This document shows, piece by piece, positions 55,240 to 60,759 of a DNA stretch of 60,759 bases. Below the pieces are notes generated by a model, which worked only from the letters and a program-made list of their open reading frames with translations, ran no database searches and had not been told where the DNA came from. The position numbers were made by a program, and so were the translations under genes. The stretch's first letter is position 1. The number at the start of each line of letters is the position of its first letter. Source of the DNA: Lacunisphaera sp. (GTDB lineage Bacteria > Verrucomicrobiota > Verrucomicrobiia > Opitutales > Opitutaceae); contig JBKJRX010000010.1 in the NCBI GenBank assembly GCA_046593155.1, forward strand, positions 1 to 60,759. The letters run 5' to 3'.

Positions 55240-58200
55240 TCACCCCAGGATTTTCCTCAGGCTCTCCAGGTCGAGGACCTTGGCCAGGCTCTCCTCCTGC
55301 ACGACGGCGGCGGCGAGGGCGGCCTTTTCCTTCTGCAGGGCGCGGATCTTTTCCTCCACGGTGTCGCGCGCGAGCAGGCGGTAGGCGATGACGTGCTCGG
55401 TCTGGCCGATGCGGTGCGTGCGGTCGATGGCCTGCGCCTCCACCGCGGGGTTCCACCACGGGTCGTAGAGCACGACGTAGCTGGCGGCCGTGAGATTGAG
55501 CCCGGAGCCGGCGGCTTTGAGGGAGAGCAAAAACACAGGCGGGCCGCCGGCGGCCTGGAACTGTCCGACGAGCGCCTGCCGGTTCTCGGTCTGGCCGGTG
55601 AGCATCAGGTGCTTGATATCTCGTGCGACGAGTTCCTCGCGGATGAGTTCCAGCATCGTGACAAACTGCGAGAACACCAGCACACGGTGACCTTCGGCGA
55701 GCAGCGGTTCCAGCGTGTCGAGCAGGGCCTCGAGCTTGGCGCTGGCCGGAGGGCGGGGCGAATCCACCGAATCCAAGGCCGGTTTTTTATTTTTATGGCG
55801 GGAATTTTTCCCTCCCGCCAGTGCGGCCCCGACCAGTCGGGGATCGCAGCAGATCTGGCGGAGCCGCAGAAGTGATTGCAGGATGTTGAACCGCTGGGTG
55901 TCGAACTCGCGGGCGGTTTTCACACCGAGGAGCATCTGGCGGGTGCGCTTCAGCTCGGCGTCGTAGAGGGTGCGTTGCGGGCCTTCGAGTTCGACCACGA
56001 TGTCCTCCTCGGTGCGGGGCGGCAGGTCGCGGGCGACCTGGCCCTTGGTGCGGCGGAGCAGGAAGTGACGCACGCGGGTGGCGAGGCGGGCGTGGGCGGC
56101 GGCGGAATCCTCGCGGTCGTTGTAGAGGCGCTGGAAGGAGGTCTGTCCGCCGAGCAGACCGGGCTGGGCAAAGGCGAAGAGGCTCCAGAGGTCGAGCAGG
56201 CGGTTTTCCACCGGCGTGCCGGTGAGCACCAGCCGGTGCGTGGCGCGCAACTCACGTGCCGCTCGCGCCGTGGCGCTGGCGGGGTTCTTGATGTTCTGGC
56301 CCTCATCGAGGATGACGGCGTCCCAGGTCTCGCCGGCCAGGGTCTGGGCATGCAGGCGAAGCTGGGTATAGTTGATGATGATCAGGTGCGCACCGGCGGG
56401 CAGCGGGGGACTTTCGCGCGGCTGCAGGCGGCCGGTGATGAGCGCCGGGGTGAAACGCGCCGCCTCCTGCTGCCAGTTGAAAACCACCGACTTCGGGCAG
56501 ACCACGAGGGCGCGAAACGGCCGGTTTTTCGGGCCGGCTTTTTTGGCCGCGGGCGCCGCAATTTCCGGGTTGGCGCTGAGCCAGAGCAGCCAGGCGAGGG
56601 CCTGCAAGGTTTTGCCCAGGCCCATGTCGTCGGCGAGCACCCCGCCAAAGCGGTTCCCGGCGAGGTGGGCGAGGAAGTGATAACCTTCCCGTTGATAGGG
56701 TCGCAGTTCGGCTTGCAGCCCTTCGGGTAGCGGCGGGGCGGGTAATTGGCGGATGGCGGCGGCGCGATCACGGATCTGCTGCCACAGTTTCCCCGACAGG
56801 GCATCGCCCAATGATTCGTCCGCGAGCTGCAGGGCATGGAAACGGCCCGGCTCATGCGCGGGTTGGGCCAAGGCGGTGGAGTCGAGCCCGAGGCGCTCAA
56901 ACCGGGCTTGCTCTTCGGGCGAAATAGTAAGCTCCAGCCGGCGCCAGCCGCGCCCTTTCAGACGGATGAAACGGCCGCGGGCCTGACGGAGCAGCTTGAT
57001 CTCGGCGGCGGTGAGGGTGGTGTCCTGCACTTGGAGGGACACCTTGACGTCGAACCAGTCGATGCCGCTGCTCTCGGCCACATCGAGGGTGAAGTGAGCG
57101 CGGGTGGGAGCTTCGGCGAAAGCCGCCAGCTCAGGGCCGAGTTCGACGACGATGTCTGGGGGCATCGCGGCGAGCCACGTCGCAAAGTGGTCGACAAAGC
57201 TCAAAGCGGCGACCTCGCGGGCGTAGCGTCCGCCGCCGGGAGCCCAGCTTTCCCAAACCAAGCCTGGCAACCGGGCGAGATGATCGGCGGCGGGTTGGAG
57301 CGGAGCATAGTCATGGAGCAGAAACGCGGAGTCGGCCGGCCGGTCGAGGCCGGTTGCCGTGGTGCTCCAGCCGTCCGGCTGCCACCGGGCACGGGCGGCG
57401 CCGTCGGGGGACACCGCGTGCAGCTCGATGACCAGGGCGTCGTCGCCGGAAATCGCCCGGCGCGTAATCGTCTGGGCGCGCAGCCGCGCGCGCAGCGGCT
57501 CCGGGCGAAAACGATCCGTCATGCCACCCGGCAGTTTCACACCCGTCCGGACGGCGAAACGACCGGCCTCGGGCAGTTCGAGCACGTGGCGCGGAATTTC
57601 CACGGCGAAATCCGGCGCATTTTTCAACGGAAGATCAGTGAGCGGGGGCAGGCCGCGGTAGAGCCGGGCACCATGCAGATAGTGCGTGGGGTTGCCGGGC
57701 AGGTGATGCAGCGGGACGGGGGGCGGCGTGCCGTCGGCGAAGGCGAGCCGCACGATCACGCGGTCAGGATCAACCGGGTGGTCCTCGATCCGCCAGGTGA
57801 GGGCTTGGGGCTCGTCACTGATCGGTTCACCCGCGGCGCCCACCACCCGGGTGCGGGCCTGCGGGTGCGTGAGGAGGTGGCGGAGCAGCACCCGGTCCTC
57901 GGCGTCGCCCAAGGCGAGGGTGGTGCGGCCCCGCCGGCTGAGATTGGCGCGCAAAAAAGTAAGGACAACATTACTGGCCTCGTCCATGACCTGCGCACAA
58001 TGAACCGGGTCGTGGAGCAGGGCGCGCAGATCGTTGGCCGGCAGCGCGGAAAACGGGCCGGCCAGGCCGCCGGCCGAGATTTCCCAGGCGATCTTTTTCG
58101 CGCCCAGCCGCAGCCGAAGGGCTTGCGCGTTGGCGGGCGCGGGCGCTTCGGCGGCGAGTTGGTCGAGCTGGGCAAAGCGATCGCGCCAGATGCGCAGTTC

Positions 58201-58914
58201 GGCTTCGCGCTGCACGGCGGCGCGCGATTCGCGGGCGCGATCAAGGTGGTCGAAGGGGGCGGTGAAGTCCGGCAGGGCGATCCCGTGCTCCGTGAACAGC
58301 AGGGCGATGAACGGCCAGAGTTGGAGCGGTTGGGTGGGGGCTCGCAGCCACCAGCCATCAAAGGGGTTCGAATATTCCTGCTGGAGCAGGTGACGGTCCT
58401 TCGCCGGGGCCAGCGCCGCCAGCGCGGTGCGATCAAACCACCCGTAATGAATGTTATGCAGGGAGCGGTGCACCGACTGCAGGTTGCGGAGGAAGGCGAT
58501 TTGTTTGCGATCTGGGGGCTGGCCGGTGGCGGCGGTGAAGGCGGTCACCAGTGGTTGCTCGCCCGCGTGCACGACCGGCGGCGGGAGCACTTGGGTGGCC
58601 AGACCCGCCCCGGTGGCGCGGTCCGATTGACGCATCCACGCCTGGCCGGTGGCATACACGTGTTTGCAGTCCGCTTCCATCGGGCAGGCGCATTCGGAGA
58701 ACCAGCCGCCGTGTTCCCAGGTCAGGCGGACATCGTAGTCATACGTGCCCCGCACCACGGCGCGCACCTCCAGGCCCGCGCTGGCGAGGGAGCGCACGGC
58801 GCCAGCCTTGAAATATTTTCGGCCCCGGCTTTGGGCGCCGCCCTCAAACCTGTCGAGATAGTCCGCGAGCGCGGACAGTGCTTCGGCGGAAGCCGGGCCG
58901 GGCTCGGTGGGCAT
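55240..58914 (-). CDS. SWIM zinc finger + SNF2 family helicase
   Basis: CACP..DCKH, DDMGLGKT, DEGQ, TGTPVEN, FSQF, DPWWNPAVEAQAIDRTHRIGQ. Confidence 0.93.
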   Translation of the reverse strand: MPTEPGPASAEALSALADYLDRFEGGAQSRGRKYFKAGAVRSLASAGLEVRAVVRGTYDYDVRLTWEHGGWFSECACPMEADCKHVYATGQAWMRQSDRATGAGLATQVLPPPVVHAGEQPLVTAFTAATGQPPDRKQIAFLRNLQSVHRSLHNIHYGWFDRTALAALAPAKDRHLLQQEYSNPFDGWWLRAPTQPLQLWPFIALLFTEHGIALPDFTAPFDHLDRARESRAAVQREAELRIWRDRFAQLDQLAAEAPAPANAQALRLRLGAKKIAWEISAGGLAGPFSALPANDLRALLHDPVHCAQVMDEASNVVLTFLRANLSRRGRTTLALGDAEDRVLLRHLLTHPQARTRVVGAAGEPISDEPQALTWRIEDHPVDPDRVIVRLAFADGTPPPVPLHHLPGNPTHYLHGARLYRGLPPLTDLPLKNAPDFAVEIPRHVLELPEAGRFAVRTGVKLPGGMTDRFRPEPLRARLRAQTITRRAISGDDALVIELHAVSPDGAARARWQPDGWSTTATGLDRPADSAFLLHDYAPLQPAADHLARLPGLVWESWAPGGGRYAREVAALSFVDHFATWLAAMPPDIVVELGPELAAFAEAPTRAHFTLDVAESSGIDWFDVKVSLQVQDTTLTAAEIKLLRQARGRFIRLKGRGWRRLELTISPEEQARFERLGLDSTALAQPAHEPGRFHALQLADESLGDALSGKLWQQIRDRAAAIRQLPAPPLPEGLQAELRPYQREGYHFLAHLAGNRFGGVLADDMGLGKTLQALAWLLWLSANPEIAAPAAKKAGPKNRPFRALVVCPKSVVFNWQQEAARFTPALITGRLQPRESPPLPAGAHLIIINYTQLRLHAQTLAGETWDAVILDEGQNIKNPASATARAARELRATHRLVLTGTPVENRLLDLWSLFAFAQPGLLGGQTSFQRLYNDREDSAAAHARLATRVRHFLLRRTKGQVARDLPPRTEEDIVVELEGPQRTLYDAELKRTRQMLLGVKTAREFDTQRFNILQSLLRLRQICCDPRLVGAALAGGKNSRHKNKKPALDSVDSPRPPASAKLEALLDTLEPLLAEGHRVLVFSQFVTMLELIREELVARDIKHLMLTGQTENRQALVGQFQAAGGPPVFLLSLKAAGSGLNLTAASYVVLYDPWWNPAVEAQAIDRTHRIGQTEHVIAYRLLARDTVEEKIRALQKEKAALAAAVVQEESLAKVLDLESLRKILG

Positions 58915-58948
58915 GGAAGTGGGGCGTCCGCCGTCTGGTGGAAGCGCT

Positions 58949-60475
58949 TCAGTAAACCTGCTCTTCCAGCAGCGCGAAGAGTTCCGTTTCGGTAATGCGC
59001 TTCTGCGCCATCGAGTCGCGCTCGCGGAGCGTGAAGGTGTCGCCGGGCTTCTCGATCGTGTCGAAATCGATGGTCACGCACCAGGGCGTGCCGGCCTCGT
59101 CCTGGCGACGGTAGCGTTTGCCGATGGCGCCGCCGTCGTCGTATTGAACAGCATAACGGCGCTGCAGCTTGGCGTGGAGCGCACGGGCGCGGTTCGTGAG
59201 CTGCTCCTTGTTCTTGAGCAGCGGCAGCACGGCGACCTTGACCGGCGCGATGCGCGGCGAGAACCGCAGCACGGTGCGCTTCTCGACGTTGCCCTTCTCG
59301 TCCTTGACGTCCTCCTCCGCGTAGCCGGCACAGAGCACGGCCAGCAGGATGCGGTCGACGCCGACGGCGGGCTCGATGACGTGCGGCACGAATTTCTTCT
59401 TCGACGCCTCGTCGAACAGATCCTGCGGTTTGCCGCTGGCGGTGGCATGCTGCGTAAGGTCGTAGTTGCCGCGGGCGGCGATGCCCCACAGCTCCTGCAC
59501 GCCGAAGGGATACTTGAACATGATGTCCACCGTGCCCTTGGAGTAGAACGCGAGTTTTTCCTTCGGGTGGGCGTAGCGCGAGAGGTGCGAGGCCGGCAGG
59601 CCGATGCTCTTCAGCCAGTGCTCGCACCAGGTGATCCACTCCTCGTGACATTTGGCCCAGTCGGCGTCTTCGTGGATGAAATACTCCATCTCCATCTGCT
59701 CGAACTCGCGGGAGCGGAAGATGAAGTTGCGCGGTGTGATCTCGTTGCGGAACGACTTGCCGATTTGCGCGATACCGAACGGCAGCTTCACGCGCGTGGT
59801 GTCGACGACGTTCTTGAAATCCACGAACATGCCCTGCGCCGTCTCGGGCCGCAGGTAGGCGACAGACGAGGCGTCGGTCATCGCACCGACGTTCGTCTGG
59901 AACATCATGTTGAAGGAGCGCGGCGCCGTCAGGCTGCCGGCCTCGCCGGTGGCGGGTGAGGGGATGAGCGCAATTTCGTCCTCTCTGGCCTCGGTCATGT
60001 CCTTGGGCGTGACGGGCGCCAGTGCGCCTTGGATGGCTTTCTTGCGCTTGAAGGCCTCGGCGGCGGTCTGCAGCTCCTCGCCGGTCTTCTCGCTTTCGAG
60101 GGCGGAGACGTAACCGACAGTCTTGCCGTCGATGACGACCGGAGAGAAATACAGCTGGTCGGCGCGGTAGCGCTGCTTGCTCACTTTGCAGTCCACGAGC
60201 GGGTCGGTGAAGCCGGCGACGTGGCCGGACGCTTCCCAGACCTTGGGATGCATGATGATCGAGGACTCGAGGCCGACGATGTCGTCGCGGCGGCGAACCA
60301 TGTCGTTCCACCAGCAGTCGCGGATGTTCTTTTTGAGCTCGGAACCGAGCGGACCGTAGTCGAAAAAGCCGTTGAGGCCGCCGTAGATCTCGGAGGACGG
60401 GTAGATGAAGCCGCGACGCTTCGCGAGCGACACGACGGCTTCCATGAGGTTGGCAGGTTCGGCGGGACTGGACAT
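58949..60475 (-). CDS. glyQS: glycine--tRNA ligase, homodimeric type
   Basis: DYGPLG, LRPETAQG, FRNEITP, FRSREFEQME, IGKRYRRQDE. Confidence 0.96.
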   Translation of the reverse strand: MSSPAEPANLMEAVVSLAKRRGFIYPSSEIYGGLNGFFDYGPLGSELKKNIRDCWWNDMVRRRDDIVGLESSIIMHPKVWEASGHVAGFTDPLVDCKVSKQRYRADQLYFSPVVIDGKTVGYVSALESEKTGEELQTAAEAFKRKKAIQGALAPVTPKDMTEAREDEIALIPSPATGEAGSLTAPRSFNMMFQTNVGAMTDASSVAYLRPETAQGMFVDFKNVVDTTRVKLPFGIAQIGKSFRNEITPRNFIFRSREFEQMEMEYFIHEDADWAKCHEEWITWCEHWLKSIGLPASHLSRYAHPKEKLAFYSKGTVDIMFKYPFGVQELWGIAARGNYDLTQHATASGKPQDLFDEASKKKFVPHVIEPAVGVDRILLAVLCAGYAEEDVKDEKGNVEKRTVLRFSPRIAPVKVAVLPLLKNKEQLTNRARALHAKLQRRYAVQYDDGGAIGKRYRRQDEAGTPWCVTIDFDTIEKPGDTFTLRERDSMAQKRITETELFALLEEQVY

Positions 60476-60662
60476 GGTGGGAAGGATCGCCCCCAACTGG
60501 ATGTGGGGAGCAGTTGGCGAGTGAAGGGAGCAGCCCCGGGGCGGTCAAGGCCGCGTCTTGTCACCAAGAGGTGGCTTGCCTAGACCGGTCGCGCCGGAGC
60601 AACCTCACCACACGGGCCCCACACCAATGCATGCTTCCCGGAATTTTACTCGTGATGGGTCC

Positions 60663-60759
60663 AATGCCCCGAAGCTTGCTTCGGCTTGGATGGATGGGAG
60701 GGTGAGGGATGGAGAGTCGCTACATTCGCAGGAGCCATAACGTATCGGTGTTGATGTAT
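60663..60759 (+). mobile_element. left end and transposase start of an IS200/IS605-family element (truncated by window)
   Basis: Hairpin CCGAAG-CTTG-CTTCGG at 60669-60684; ORF from 60709 MESRYIRRSHNVSVLMY resembles TnpA N-terminus. Confidence 0.65.

Noticed and set aside
55240-58914. SNF2 helicase as part of a defence system
   Set aside because: SWIM-SNF2 is a common solitary gene; no methylase, nuclease or other defence partners adjacent
56836-58995. 719-aa plus-strand ORF and similar long overlapping ORFs (36016, 51722, 10058)
   Set aside because: Antisense shadows of well-supported genes
60476-60660. T-box or riboswitch upstream of glyQS
   Set aside because: No T-box consensus or terminator/antiterminator recognisable

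Overview
High-GC bacterial chromosome segment, most likely Verrucomicrobiota (Opitutaceae-like). This is inferred from a PEP-CTERM remnant, the homodimeric glyQS and C-rich leaders without Shine-Dalgarno sites. It contains about 45 CDS. Housekeeping genes include pdxH, rlmN, miaB, gmk, gnd, dnaN, pssA, ilvA and glyQS. Accessory content includes two signalling kinases, a starch/maltodextrin locus (AraC, GH13, MFS, malQ, TonB receptor, GH13-esterase fusion), an sxtI/J/K-like carbamoyltransferase module, a CHASE2-adenylate cyclase/SH3/M48 operon, a SWIM-SNF2 helicase and the left end of an IS200-like element. No rRNA, tRNA or CRISPR array was seen. Most notable: (1) a stand-alone WYL domain carrying a twin-arginine export signal; (2) at least seven families of short palindromic REP-like repeats, three copies lying in frame inside RlmN, MiaB and a 5'-nucleotidase, and others next to duplicated gene starts or supplying stop codons; (3) a candidate oriC upstream of dnaN with atypical DnaA boxes and no dnaA; (4) genes whose only plausible start is ATT or ATA. 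All family assignments are from motif recognition by eye; no searches were run.
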